Shown piece by piece: positions 27,509 through 40,692 of a stretch of 64,000 bases of DNA. The position numbers and the translations under genes are program-made. Each line of letters begins with the position of its first letter. Positions within the stretch are counted from its first letter, which is position 1. Below the pieces are notes generated by a model. It was not told where the DNA came from and did no database searches. It saw only the letters and a list, made by a program, of their open reading frames with translations. This DNA comes from Octopus vulgaris (lineage: Eukaryota), in assembly GCA_951406725.2 (NCBI GenBank), contig OX597818.1:15190001-15254000 (forward strand), read 5' to 3'.

Positions 27509-28519
27509 TTAAGGTGGTGAGCTGGCAGAATTGTTAGCGCACCAGGTGAAATGCTTCGCGGTATTTCATCCGTCTTTATGTTGTGAGTTCAAATTTCATC
27601 GAGGTCAACTTCACCTTTCATCATTACGAGGTCAATAAAATTAGTACCAGTTACACACTGGTGTCGATGTAATCGACTTGCCCCCTCCTTCAAAAGATTT
27701 CAGGCCTTGTGCCTATAGTAGAAAAGATTATTATTAGAAATGTTTCAGAGAGGAAGTAAGAGAAAAGAGAGAGAGGGAAAGAGACAGTGAGTGGTGATGG
27801 CGTTCATATTGTGTTTTTAAATGTTTATCCCATTGCAACAAAAATAGATACACAGATCGAGAATAAAGTTGATATATAAATACATACACAAATTGTTAAA
27901 TTAAAAATGGGAGAGAGGAGGGACACAGAGGAAGTGAGAGAGAAAGTGAGAGAGAGACAGTAGATACATAGATCCAAAGAAAAGTTATAGTTACATAAAC
28001 ACAGCAAATATTAGATGTCACTTTCACTTTTCATTACCACACGAGGATAAAATTAACTCGCAAGTGGCTGAGTACTCCACAAACATGCATATCATTAACG
28101 TAGTTCTCGGGGAGATTCAGCCTTATACAGAATATGACAAGGCTGGCCCCTCAAGAATTTCAACTACAACTCATTTTGGCCAGCTGAGTGGACTGGAGCA
28201 AGATAAACCTTCAAATGGTTGGAAGAAAATGAAAAAAGATCCTATATAGGGGCAGGAAAATCTTTTTAGTCGTTAGGGTCACTATGGGTGTGAATCCGGT
28301 CCCAAAATTCAGCATCTGTGGGTCTTACAGACCTGGAGGCCAAGCCCTCAGACAAACACTGATGTGCAGGCTGTTATTGTCAAACTGAGCATGGGTTAAA
28401 GGTGAATACACGATGGAATAGCAATTATTTCATCTTAGCTTTCACTGCTTATACTGAGCTAATACTAGACATTTTTGCTTTACAATATGAAACATTTCCT
28501 TTCCTTTCTCTTAAAAAAT

Positions 28520-28841
28520 GGCACTTTGTCAGCTACGACAACAAGGTTCTTGTTTATCTGATCAATGAACAATCTGTTCATAAAATTAACATGCAAGTGG
28601 CTGAGTACCCCACTGACATGCATACCATAAGGTAGCTCCTGGGGAGATTCAGCCTCACACAGAATGTGACAACGCTGGCCCCTTTGAATTACAGCTACAA
28701 GTCATTTTTGCCAGTTGAGTGGACTGGAGCAAAGTGAAGCAGAGTATCTTGCTCAAAAGCATAGCATGCCACAGGGAATTGTACTCATGGCTTTACAATC
28801 ATGAGCCGAACATCCCTAACCACTGAGCCACACACCTTCAC
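28520..28841 (-). mobile_element. tRNA-derived SINE family D. Other copies ~28040-28200, 31690-31940, 47655-47985
   Basis: Head gtgaaggtgtgtggctcagtggttaggg...atgagtacaattcc; recurrent body. Confidence 0.7.
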
Positions 28842-28974
28842 TCTCTTAGCTGTAGAGAAAAGGACTGAAATACGATCAATCTTTTTTAGCTTCTTTACTT
28901 TTAACAATGAAGAAGCAGAAAAGACATTTAGTAATGAATGGAGGCAAAGTCTTTCAGGTGTTTACATTTTTATT

Positions 28975-29470
28975 CTGGGAGTTCTACGATTGACTGTCTT
29001 TGCTCTTTGTAGGCTGTGATTTCTACAGAGCTCCTAATGGATCGTCCTTGCCACATTGTCATGGTATCTTTTGTATTTGCGTTCTGTCAATTTTGGGATT
29101 TGCTAACGATGTGCCATACCACTTCACCCCTCTCACCATGCATTCTGTATTTGTTGCTATCAGTAGTGTTGTCTATTCTGCACTCCATATAAATGGTCCT
29201 TAACGCTTGTTCCTGAGCTGTGCATGTGAGTGCTTCTGTCTCTATCTTCAGGGCACTCCTTCTCATCCAAAGCCACTGGTCCTCTGTATCTGTCTTGTCA
29301 TTCACGTCTCTTGCAAACTGACAGTACATTTTTTTCTTTCCATGCGTTTTCTTTTTTTTTTTTGTTCATTTCTTGTTTAAATTTTTCTTTAGTTACACAA
29401 TTTTCAGTTTTGATGATGCTGGCCCTCTTCATGTGTTTCAATAGTGGGCCCACGGCATTTTTTTATATAC
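28975..29470 (-). mobile_element. RLE-type LINE fragment (R4/Dong-like), next to (TTA)n
   Basis: WLWMRRSALKIETEALTCTAQEQALRT is homologous to the 40.7-42.8 kb element. Confidence 0.7.
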
Positions 29471-29472
29471 CA

Positions 29473-29505
<33 letters not shown>

Positions 29506-29506
<1 letters not shown>

Positions 29507-30058
29507 GAGTGAGAGAGCAGTTCATGCCATCAAAGTGACACTGGGGTAAAATATACGAAGCCCAATATACCCATCATGACTACCCGTCTGATAAAGGTAC
29601 ACCAGGCACATGCATCACAACCATATGTGCACGACATGGTGATCTCATATCAAGATAAACAGCACATGACCTTGCAGGTGGGGCCCAGTTAGAATTTTCT
29701 TCAGGTTGAGTAGCCCATCCTGCTCAAAAGGTCCCTGAATAAGGGTTGCTTTAGGATGTTGAACGAAACACCTATGTTTCCAGAGGTGAACCATTCAAAC
29801 TCCAAAGAATCCCTCTCAACACATGGCCATGATGCTCCCCCACTACTTCTGCTCGTGATCAGAGATGCACGTATTGTCAGCCACTAAGGGACATGCTCAA
29901 CTGGTTAAGGTCAAACAACTGACAAGCAAATCTGTGGTATTGAGCAGAATATTTGCTGTAGCCCATCTTTTATACCAAGACAAAACAATGTACATGACAA
30001 CACTTCCAATCAGTTAAGATCAGAAGCCATGAGAGCCACTGCCTGGTACTGCATCAGA
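29506..30058. mobile_element. Interspersed repeat between (TTA)n tracts; interior shared with 51490-51572 and 53520-53680(-)
   Basis: caaagaatccctctcaacacatg...gctcccc...gatcagagatgcac recurs. Confidence 0.6.
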
Positions 30059-30582
30059 TTATTATTATTATTATTATTATTATCATCATTATCATTGTTA
30101 TTATTACTATTATTATTGATATTGATATGGATAAGAGCAGTAGATTGATAGAATTGCTTGAGTGTTGGGAAATTGTCTTGCAGTATAAGTTCTGGCTCTT
30201 TACATCCCGAAAATAGATCCCACCACAACTAACTTTACTTCTCATCCTATCAGGATCAATAAAACAAAGTGCCAGTCAAGTACTGGGAGCGATTTAATCA
30301 ACTAATTATTTAGGCAACAAGCTGATAGAGTCATTAGCACAAAAGACAAAATACTTAGTGGAATTTCTTCTGGTATTCTACATTCAGAGTTCAAATTCAG
30401 CAAAGATAGTGTAGTCAAAAAAATAAAGTACCAGTTTGGTGCTGGGGTTGATGAAATCAATTAAGCTCCTCCAACTAAAACTGTTAGCCTTGTGCCAAAA
30501 TTTAAAAAAATACCATTATTTATATATAAATATAAACAAACCAATATTTGTTTTTTATATATAAGAGTTCAAATGTGTAGTG

Positions 30583-30949
30583 TAAGATACAAATAAGACA
30601 ATAATTTATTTTCGAATGCAGAAACTCCCTTAGAACAGCAGAAATATTGGGTAAATAACCCTTACAAAGTGGAAAAATTTGTCAGCAGACAGCCATATAT
30701 TTATATACACATAGTTGTACATTCTGCTTTATAGCATCTAAAATGTGGATTAATTTGTCAGTAGGCAGGTTAGCTTAATGGTAAAGCACTTGGCCAGAGT
30801 CTTCAAGAAATGTGGGTTCATGTTCCATGGCTGTTTGTTGATCAATTTATCCACTTTGTAAAGGTAAGTTACCCAAGTTTCCCAATATTTCTGCTATTCT
30901 AATGGCGTTTCTGCATTTGAAAATTAACTATCATCTTATTTGTGTCTTA
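30583..30949 (+). mobile_element. Fold-back element with a tRNA-like head in the spacer (arms ~30583-30695 / 30826-30949)
   Basis: Arms are reverse-complementary; spacer contains ggcaggttagcttaatggtaaagcac...gggttcatgttcc. Confidence 0.65.
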
Positions 30950-30978
30950 TAATACCATCATTATTTTCTGTTCCACAG

Positions 30979-31022
30979 GAGAAACACTATGTTGATGATT
31001 TGGAAGATTCAACAGCTTACAG
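30979..31022 (+). CDS. CFAP44: CFAP44 exon 6 (44-nt small exon, EKHYVDDLEDSTAYS)
   Basis: ccacag acceptor, gtattt donor; phase 0 to 2 is needed to join exons 5 and 7; D.ED..AYSIE motif. Confidence 0.85.
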
Positions 31023-31285
31023 GTATTTTTTAAAAATTCTTACATAAGTAACCCATGTAGGAATCCTTATATGATCACTTGATCTGCTTGAAATTGTAGC
31101 TAAAAAAATTGTCAAATTACATCATACTCTATAATTACCAAAATCATAGAACACATTTGAAAATCATAGCTAGGATGATTTTTATTATAAGTCTATTTGG
31201 CTAGGATTACCCTGGAGCTAAACAAGTGAGAGATAGTGCTTAAATCTCCTTGATCCTGTAATCTCATTTGAGCTGTGTCTCCTTT

Positions 31286-31333
<48 letters not shown>

Positions 31334-31344
31334 CTACTACTACT

Positions 31345-32415
31345 ACATGGTCCTGTGGATTCTCAACGAAACTACTATTTTACAACACTGTCCTGCAAAA
31401 TTGTGGAGTTTTCCCATACCTTGGAAGCCACCTGTTCAGCAATTGTACCATTCAGAAAGACATCAAGGATAGGATCAGCACAGCCCATATGGCTTTCAGA
31501 AGACTCTCCAAACAAGTCTTCCTAAACCACAGCCTCACCTTCCAAATGAAAATCATGGTATTCCAAGTCATCGCCCTTTCCACACTGCTCTATGACTATG
31601 AAATTTGTGTATTGTATTAACAAAATCAAACCTTTCCAACATCACAAACTTTGAGCAATCATGAGGATTCAATGGAAAGACTATATTAAGGTGCAGGTAA
31701 AGTTACCTTTCCAAGTCATACTGACTCATAAGGGCTAGTTTCCTGATTTCCATGGTGTATATATTCCCTACTTGGATGGGACAGCGATCTATTGCAGGAT
31801 TGCTAAATTTTTCCAGACTGGAGCAACATGAAATGAAGTGTTTTGCTCAAGAACACAACGTGTCACCCAGTTCATGAATTGAAATCATAAGCTTACGATC
31901 ATGAGTCCAACACCCTAACCACTAAGCCACGTGTTTCCACAAAGACTATATAACCAATGAAGAGGTTCTGCTCGACTGCCCGGCATTGAAGCTACAATGG
32001 CATGCCACTACCTCTGCTTGTCAGAACACATCATTTATATGTCTCAAACACACCACCCCCATCAATTCCTCTTCATAGACTAAACCTCAGGCACCAGACT
32101 TCGCATAACCTCCAAATTCCGTTTCCATGACCAGCTCAAGACCACTCTCCTCCACTGCTCTATTGCCCCAAGTACCTAGGAGACAATTGCCAAAGACCAC
32201 CCAAAGTGGCAGCATGTCATTGTCTAGTGAATGGACCCAATGGAAGATAACAGACATCAAGAGGTAGAGATTAGACATCAAAAACACAAAGAGCAACTCA
32301 CACTTCCTTATCCTTCACCAACTCTCCCTTGTGATAAATGCCCCTGGCTCTTCTATCCCAACTTTGGCCTGAACATCCATCTCAGGTACTGGCACATTTC
32401 ACCTCCATCAGGATG
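31345..32415 (+). mobile_element. Decayed RTE-like LINE 3' fragment, interrupted by a SINE with 11-bp TSD aaagactatat (31676-31686 / 31941-31951)
   Basis: IQWKDY-ITNEEVL rejoins across the SINE. Confidence 0.6.
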
Positions 32416-32581
32416 AAGAGGATCAATCAATTGCTACAGATTTATTACTCAGATACAAGTTAATACCACCACCACTGTGATATATATATATGTATGTATA
32501 TATGCATATATTTATATACTATTTATATTATTATATGATCGAACGCCACGCATCCTTTTCCAAGTACGTTTTATCTATCTA

Positions 32582-32639
<58 letters not shown>

Positions 32640-33007
32640 TATATATATGTATGTATGTGTGTGTGTATATATATATATATATGAATCCATCCTTCCATTC
32701 ATATATATGAATATATATGAATGGATGGATGAAATGCTGTTGCCATTGATGAGAGCAATGACGGGTGGGGCTGACAATGACAACAACAACAGCAGCAACA
32801 ATGATAATATCGTATAACAATTTTGTGTAACAACTACATGTAAGTGTCTTTTTGTTTGGGTTTTTTTTTTTGTCAGCTTTGTAAATACTTTCATTTCCCT
32901 CTATTTTGATGATACAAGATAGTAATTCATGCAGCTCTATTCCCTCGTGCAACAAAGCCTTTTCATAAACCTGTACCTAATTTATTGAACGTTCTCTGTG
33001 ATTCCAG

Positions 33008-33170
33008 TATAGAAGATGCAAAACAAAAGGCCGAATACGACCGGATCATGGCAGAAGCTAACCAAAAGAAAGATGAAGTCCACCAGCATATTGCACTTCT
33101 CCGCCGAGATTATAAACACCTGATTGAACAAAATGCTTGCTTGCCAGAAAATCTTAGACTGAGCCCAAAA
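33008..33170 (+). CDS. CFAP44: CFAP44 exon 7 (IEDAKQKAEYDRIM...RLSPK)
   Basis: tccag acceptor, gtaaac donor, 163 nt, phase 2 to 0; coiled-coil-like sequence. Confidence 0.9.
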
Positions 33171-33485
33171 GTAAACATTCTGATATTTAAAAAAATTTTA
33201 TAACGTCACTTTGTTTTTATTGTAGAATGTGAATGGAGACTGCTTGGAAATTTGTTGTGTGTAGGGCAAGAGAAGGGGTGTTAATGTTGCCATTTCTACT
33301 TACCACTGAGATTGTTTTGAGTGAGAAAATGGTGTTGTCATGTAGTAGAATAAAAAATAGAATTTAAAATATCCACATCTTATAAAGCAGGTAAGAGCTG
33401 GTAACCAGAGGAGCATCCAGCCATAAAAATACCATAAAAATACCAAAAAAAAAACTGCCTCAAAATTCCTGGCAGCTGGTATTTA

Positions 33486-34038
33486 CATATTAATGACTTG
33501 TAGGAACACCGTATTTCATTACACAACCATAATATACTACAAAGTTTATTAAATGCTTTATAAGTCATTACCATGTCCTATGGTGCTAGCAATGCTATTA
33601 AATCACTTATTAAGGTTATCTCTACAGATTTTCAATTGAAATTACAGCCAGTTTGTTATGGCATTTCATATCTGAGTATGCCTAATGTAAACAACAAGGT
33701 GATTGAAGATGAAAAATGGGTAACGGATGTGTATGCCATACTTCAGGAATTCAGATGAAAGAGCAGGAACTCCTGAAATATGGCATATACACTCATTACT
33801 TATTTTTCATCTTTGATCTCATTGTTATTTACATTAGGTGTACTCAAATACAAAACGTCATAACAAATCAGTTCTGACTATATTTCCATAGAAAATCTGT
33901 AAAGATAGCCTTAACAAGTGATTTAACAGCACTGCTAACACAGTAGGACACAGTATTAACTTATAAAATGTTTAATATACTTTGTAGTATATTATGGTTG
34001 CATAAAGATATACCATGTCCTTACAAGTCATTAATATG
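33486..34038. repeat. Long fold-back element (~270-bp arms, ~15-nt loop)
   Basis: catattaatgacttgta...gtatgccatacttcagga / tcctgaaatatggcatatac...tacaagtcattaatatg. Confidence 0.85.
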
Positions 34039-34845
34039 CCTCAAATACAGTAAGTATGCTTTGAACCTAAACCAAAAAAGGATTAAAAAATGTTAAACAA
34101 ATACACAAATAAACAACGTCACTTATTTAGTATTACCCTACACAACCTGATTAACTATTCAGGTGACCAGGCTGTATCCTATTCTGCCAGTTATTATAAA
34201 CATCTCAGTGGTGACCCCTGATGAACCAAGGGATTTTCCTACTTTCATATTCAAAATTGCTTTGTCTATCATACTGATATCAACAAAGATAACTACGCCC
34301 TTCGTTGGGTCACACTGGAAATACCTCACCTCTCTCTCTCTCTCTGTGTATGGGACATGGTTTCAATACAGTTTCCATCAATCAAATGCCTTAATCTCTG
34401 TTTCTTTCTGTAGTTCAATTCCAGTATTATGAACACTGAGTAAAAATACAAGAAAAGTGTAGAAATAAATTTATACACTTATTCAATACATCATACACGT
34501 TTCATTCACAACAATATCTGCAATACAAAGGAAACTTTATAAACAGATTACTTCACCAAATATCCAGAGATTGTATAACAAACATAAATAACCCTTTAAG
34601 TTATATAATGGGCATTAGACAGTGTTAGGGTATCAACAAACATAAAAGCAGTGTTAAGATGGCTCAACAATTTTACTTAAATACTAAAGCACTAAAAGGA
34701 AAGAATTTTCTCTTATCATTGCGAAGAAAGGAATATGTATGTTTTGCTTCCTCAGAGATAACCCTAACTATCAGATTTCAAAATTCAAGAGTTATCATTC
34801 TTTTTGGTTGCACTTCTGATGTTTCTCTTTTTATCCATTTATTAG

Positions 34846-34976
34846 GAATTTGAGATTGATACTACAATAAAAGAGGAAGTGTTTTCTCAAATAGACAAGA
34901 AAATACAGGAAGCGAAAATGAAGGTTTCCTGGATAACCGAGAAACATTCACTTGCCCTGATGAAACTAAGGAAATT
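34846..34976 (+). CDS. CFAP44: CFAP44 exon 8 (EFEIDTTIKEEV...SWITEKHSLALMKLRK)
   Basis: attag acceptor, gtaagc donor, 131 nt, phase 0 to 2. Confidence 0.88.
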
Positions 34977-35202
34977 GTAAGCATTTGTCATTGACCTTCT
35001 GAATTAAGGAAAACACTGAGTGCTTTTTCTTTTAATATAATAAAACCTTTACCGAAGTGAGACCTAAATGAAGTTAGTCTGCTTGTAAGAGACACACAAC
35101 ATTTGGATAATATTGTAGATCTAGCAGATTAAGTTTCTTCAAAAACTTCATATATTATTATTATTATCATCATCATCATCATCATCATCGTCATCATCGT
35201 CG

Positions 35203-35248
<46 letters not shown>

Positions 35249-35520
35249 TATTTAATGTTGTAAGATTAAAGTACAGTAACACCTCTATATACGAGTTAAT
35301 TTGTTCCCAGAGACTGCTCTTAAAGCAAAAACACATAAAGCAGAGCAATAATTTCCCATAGTAGCAATGTTATAAGTTGTAATTTGTTCCCAGAAAAATA
35401 TTTTACCTATAAAATACACAATACTTGTAAATAAATGGCAATAAAAACAACAAGAGAATATAAAAAATATTCTATGTAAAGTAAAAGGAATGTCAAGATC
35501 ATTTACGATAAAAAATATTA

Positions 35521-35885
35521 TTATCACCTCCGCCCTAGTGAAGGCGGAGGTATTGTTTGCAGTCATATTTGTTTCTTTGTCCATGGACAAGATATCTCAA
35601 GAACCACTGGAAGGATTTGGATGAAACTCTCAGGGATGTTTGGCCTCATGACTGGCACAAACTGATTAGATTTGAGGATCAATCCGAACAAGGATTCTGG
35701 ATATATTTTTCCTGTTTTTTTTACTTGATTTTTGAGAACAGTTGGGTTCATTTTTAGTATTCGCATTTGTGAGAGAAGTCAAGTTTATTTCAGATATTCT
35801 CATTTTAAAAGTCATTTCTGGTTAATCATTGAGAGGACATTGGTGTTGCATTGGCAGAGGTTTGCACTCCTTGAGTGCTCTTGTT
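35521..35885 (+). mobile_element. HINE/DINE-1-like non-autonomous Helentron
   Basis: acctccgcc...ggcggaggt 5' palindrome, 3' subTIR ggcagaggt, terminal hairpin gcactc-ctt-gagtgc, T-rich ends. Confidence 0.65.
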
Positions 35886-36217
35886 ATAATTTTCTGAATC
35901 ACTTTTACTTGCACTAGACTTGCACACACCATCACTTGTAGATGTGATCACTGATTCACAAGCACTCATTGACAGACTTGTAGATTTCTTTTTAGAAAAC
36001 AAGTTTAGAGTTGTTTGCTTTGATGAAGTTTTTTTTTGCTCTCTATAAATTTCTTGGTAACTCGCAGAAGCATTTGTTATGGAAGCAGAAACTTGTACAC
36101 TTTGTTTGAAATTTGGATCTTGTGCATGGAAAATAAAACTTGTAAACCTAGGGTCTTGTAAAGCATTTCCTCATAAAGTAAGGTATTACTGCATATGTTT
36201 GTGCATATGTGGGTATG

Positions 36218-36300
<83 letters not shown>

Positions 36301-36301
36301 A

Positions 36302-36332
<31 letters not shown>

Positions 36333-36985
36333 GTCTGTATGTCTGAATATTTATCAGTTTCTTTTGCTGAACTGCTAAGTTATGGGGGAATAAACAAAGT
36401 AGCACCAGTTATCAAGTAGTGAGTGGGGGTGGGAGACAAACACAGACACAAAGATACACACACACAACCCCCCCCCCCCCCCCCCACACACACACACATA
36501 CCACATACAACAGGCATCTTTCAGTTTCTGTCTCACAAGGCTTTGGTCGGTCCAATGTTATAGTGGAAGACACTTATCCAAGATGCAACAGAGTGGGACT
36601 GAACCTGGAATCACATGGTTGAAAAGCAAGCTCCTTACTGCACAGCCACATCTAAAGAGTCTGGTAGTTCTGCTCTTTTAAAGGCAAGTGGAATGTAGAT
36701 TTCCTTACTTGAAAAATAGATAGAGTTAATCACAGGAAAGACATCTGGTTATAAAAAAAAAACCTCAATAATATGCAGTCATCTAACCCATACTGGCATG
36801 AGCAAATGAATATAAATAAATGAATGAACAAATATGTGTATATATAGGTGTTTGTATATGTAAGTGTTTGTATATGTAAGCATTTGTGCATGATGTGTAT
36901 ATGTGTGTTTGTCTGCATCTAGTAATGTTGTATTATAAGCAGTGGATATGTTTTTATTCTAAGATATTTTCTCATGCTATTCCAG

Positions 36986-37167
36986 TTATAAAGATTATGT
37001 GAAATGGGACCGCATTGTGGTTTATGCATTTAATTCACCTTACAAAGTCAGTACAACTCGTTTACCATGTCTCCCAAATAATTTCTACCAAAAGAAGAGT
37101 GATTTGGATCAAAAGAAAAATGGCAAGAGGTTCACTCTTGACGGTCTCCAGCAGAAAGAATTAGATG
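36986..37167 (+). CDS. CFAP44: CFAP44 exon 9 (YKDYVKWDRIVVYAF...QKELD)
   Basis: tccag acceptor, gtcagt donor, 182 nt, phase 2 to 1, open frame. Confidence 0.85.
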
Positions 37168-37497
37168 GTCAGTAAAATTTCATTTGTTTCCATTTCCATT
37201 TCTATGTATTTCCTTTATCTGCTTTTCTAAGCTAGAATAATGAATACTCAAACCAATATACACCACTGAAAGGACAAATTAAGAACAGGATGATTCTGTG
37301 GTGGTCTAAAGGTATCACTCCAGTTGGATATCCAACCGGAGTCAACTTCATTTGATCAACCTATATGTCAACAAGATTTGCTGTAATTTGAATGTCATCA
37401 ATTAAAAAAGAATAGAATTCATATAGGAAATCAAACCTTCTTCCATTACAGAGTAAAACTCTGAAATCTCTGTAACTAGGATGATATTATTTTCAAG

Positions 37498-37800
37498 TGA
37501 GGATGCATGGCCTAGTGATCAAGGTGTTGCCCTAACAATCGCAAAATCATAGTTTCAATTCCTAGACCAGGAGGTGAGTCATGTTCTTGAACAAAACAGT
37601 TCATCTCACATTGCTTTGCGATCATTTCGACATCTGACACATGAAGCACCATGCAACTGTTCAGGTAACATTGTTTTCATGAAGACAGTGAACTCATGTA
37701 TGACAAACATTTGATAACTATAAACAAATCATTTGTGGTGTGGGTCATTCGGCAAAAGTTGAACACTCATATGTCAAGTTGGACAGGAGAGTCCATCATT
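37498..37800 (+). mobile_element. tRNA-headed SINE (related head at ~11508-11590)
   Basis: tggcctagtgatcaagg...gtttcaattcctagacc. Confidence 0.55.
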
Positions 37801-37959
37801 ATGTATCTTCAAACTGATTGGCAAGGATGGCATCATGGAGGTTTGGTTGATTGACATCTGTAGGCATGAAACATACCATTAATTCAACAGCCTTATCTTG
37901 TACCAGCAAGCAGCTTAAGGATTTTGCCAGCCACAATCTGAAGTAAATCTCCACAACTA

Positions 37960-39188
37960 TATATAACTTTATCTTTTCTTATTCACTTACACCTTCTACC
38001 AATTAACATCACAACTATGTTCAGTACCTCCATTATTTACATCCTCAAAATCCACAAACCAGACAAACCTGGCTACTTTGTTATCTCTGTCTGTAGCCAC
38101 CAGTTTGTCAAGGTACCTTGACAAACTAGTATCACTCCTTTTCCTCAACACACATTAAGGATAGGTACAAGCATAGCTAGTGGGGCAGGGGGCGGTCCGT
38201 TCTGGCAGCACCTTTAAAGGGGCACCACTTTCAGGTCTGCTGTAGGCAATGTGTGTTTTTTGTAGGGTCCAGGGGTGGCAAACAGAAGGGCTGCCCCAGA
38301 CAGCACACATTCTAGCTACACTAGTGAGGACAGGAACCAAGTCCTGAACATCTTCAACTTATTCTCTTTTCCCCTAGCCCATTAAATAACTCTGTATGAT
38401 TATCTGCCATGGAGGGGCTATCATTTCAAAAGCTCTTTGTAGACTGTCAGCCCTATTTGTACCTAACACAGCCACCTTCTACCTTCTACACAAACTCACA
38501 CTTACTGTGAATTACTTCTCTTATGGTGAGTTTTACAAGCAAGTTATTGAAGGGTGGGGTCACAATGGGCATTAATATGGACCTAAATTATGCACACCAC
38601 TTTGTAGGCCACATTAAAGCACATTTTGGCCCAGTTCACTAAAATCCCTCCAGAGATCTATGGGTGCTATGCTGATACCACAATCACTAGGTTGTGACTC
38701 AACAGCTTTATTTCTCTACTAATTCATTCCACACTACTCTAGAATTCATGTTCTCCATCTCTGACGTTGTTATCATCTTCTTAGACATCTCTGTCACTCT
38801 TAACATTCTTCACTGAATGGCACTGCTTCTTCCTTATTCAATGGTGCACCCTCAGATTTAGAAAATACAGTTTACTAAAATCATCCCTCAATACAAATTA
38901 GTGCCCACCCAGAATATTCTGAAGCATCCCACTGTACCAAATTCTGGAGATTGGCCTGCACCCCAGCCACACATAAACAGTTAAATTTCAAGTTATTTTC
39001 TGTGTATGACATACCTGTCCATCCACTAGTAACACCATACTGCTGATACCAATTCTCAGTACCAAATCACCCAAAACTTCGCTGCTCATCTGCCAACATT
39101 ATATACTGCATCACATACAAACTCCACGTTGCTATGTGCTTTGGTGAAATAGATCATCACCTGAATGATCACCTTTGCAAATATGTCA
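37960..39188 (+). mobile_element. Decayed Penelope-like RT/GIY-YIG relic
   Basis: GEFYKQV..GVTMGINMDLNYA (PLE RT motif) and NIIYCIT...GEIDHHLNDHL (GIY-YIG-like). Confidence 0.55.
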
Positions 39189-39379
39189 TTATTTTACTGT
39201 GATACTGTGCATGAGCATGCACATGTGCTTGTGTGTGTGCATGTCTGTCTGTCTGTGTGTAAGAGAGAGTGAAAGAGAAAAAGTGTGCACAAATATGTAA
39301 GTTGCGACTCCAGCTTTATTGTTTGTGTGTTTATGTGACCCCATGCATATATGTATGTGTTTGAGCTTCCACTGATTGC

Positions 39380-39580
39380 ATGAGTGTGTGTGTTTCTGCA
39401 AATGTGTAAGAGTTCATGTGTGTGTGTGTTTCTGAAAATGTATAAGAGTTCATGTGTGTGTGTGTGTTTCTGCAAATGTGTAAGAGTTCATGTGTGTGTG
39501 TGTCTGTGTGTGTGTGTTTCTGAAAATGTGTAAGAGTTCATGTGTGTGTGTTTCTGAAAATGTATAAGAGTTCATGTGTG
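39380..39580. repeat. Minisatellite, (tg)n-tttctg(a/c)aaatgt(g/a)taagagttca, about 5 copies
   Basis: Read directly. Confidence 0.85.
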
Positions 39581-39600
39581 TGTGTATGTGTGTGTGTGTA

Positions 39601-39656
<56 letters not shown>

Positions 39657-39679
39657 CGACCGATTGCCTCATCACCATA

Positions 39680-39970
39680 AGCTTGCTAAAGCATGATCAA
39701 TGACTCTGTATCAGAATTCTTGAGTCTAACGCAAAATATCACATTGACTCTTTGTTCCAACTTCCTGTCCATGACAAAAATCACAGACTACAGCATGCAC
39801 GTTATCACAAAAACACAAATTTCCCAGCTTGCGACGTAAACGCAGTGATGTCATTTAGCACACTGCCTCATGAAGATCACTGCTGGCTCTCACTGTGCAT
39901 GCAACTGTGTGCTGCCTTCTGTTGGCACACAACAGAACTAGTCCACAAATGTTTTGATACCACCTCATGC
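39680..39970 (-). mobile_element. Mariner terminal fragment, same family as 45581-46515
   Basis: Homologous to ~46270-46515. Confidence 0.7.
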
Positions 39971-40549
39971 ATATCTCAGTATTGATATGAATATTGAGCC
40001 TTGTGCCTACTAGAATAGAAAAGAGTGTTGATACGGATATGAATGAATTTATTTCATGTGTTATAAAATATTGGTTTCAGATTTTGGCACAAGGCCAGCA
40101 ATTTTTGGGAAGGGTGTAAGTTAATTACATCAACTCCAATATTCACCTGGTACTTATTTTATCGGCCCTTAAAGGATGAAGGCAAAGTTGACCTCAGCTG
40201 AATTTTAACTCAGAGCATAAAGACAGACAAAATGTCACTAAGCATTTTATCTGGCATACTAACGGCTCTGCTAGCTCACCATCTCTGTGTTATAAAGTAT
40301 TCACATAATTTTTCGCCATAATCATACACATTACCCATTTCAAAGTTAGTAAATCTTTGCTGTATGATGGATACTCCTTGCACTCAGTTATTGCTATTTA
40401 TCTACAAATATTCACTGAGATGTTGAAGACTTGCCATTCTCTGATGGTAAGACATCAATACAGTTCTACATTTAAGAGATGAGGAATTATGTACATTATT
40501 TACATTATGTACAATTGATGGATATTTGTCCTCATCTTGTTTGTTGTTA

Positions 40550-40593
40550 ACACAACTTTTCAGCTGATATACCTTCAAGCCTTCATCAGGTGT
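40550..40593 (-). ncRNA. Minimal hammerhead motif, copy A (stem III mutated)
   Basis: ACAC-CTGATGA-AGGCTTGAAGGTATATCAGCT-GAAA-AG-TT-GTGT. Confidence 0.55.
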
Positions 40594-40650
40594 CTTGGGG
40601 GAAATTTTGAACCCAGGTTCTCATTCCTAAGGTATTTTTTGATGTTGTTG

Positions 40651-40690
<40 letters not shown>

Positions 40691-40692
40691 CA

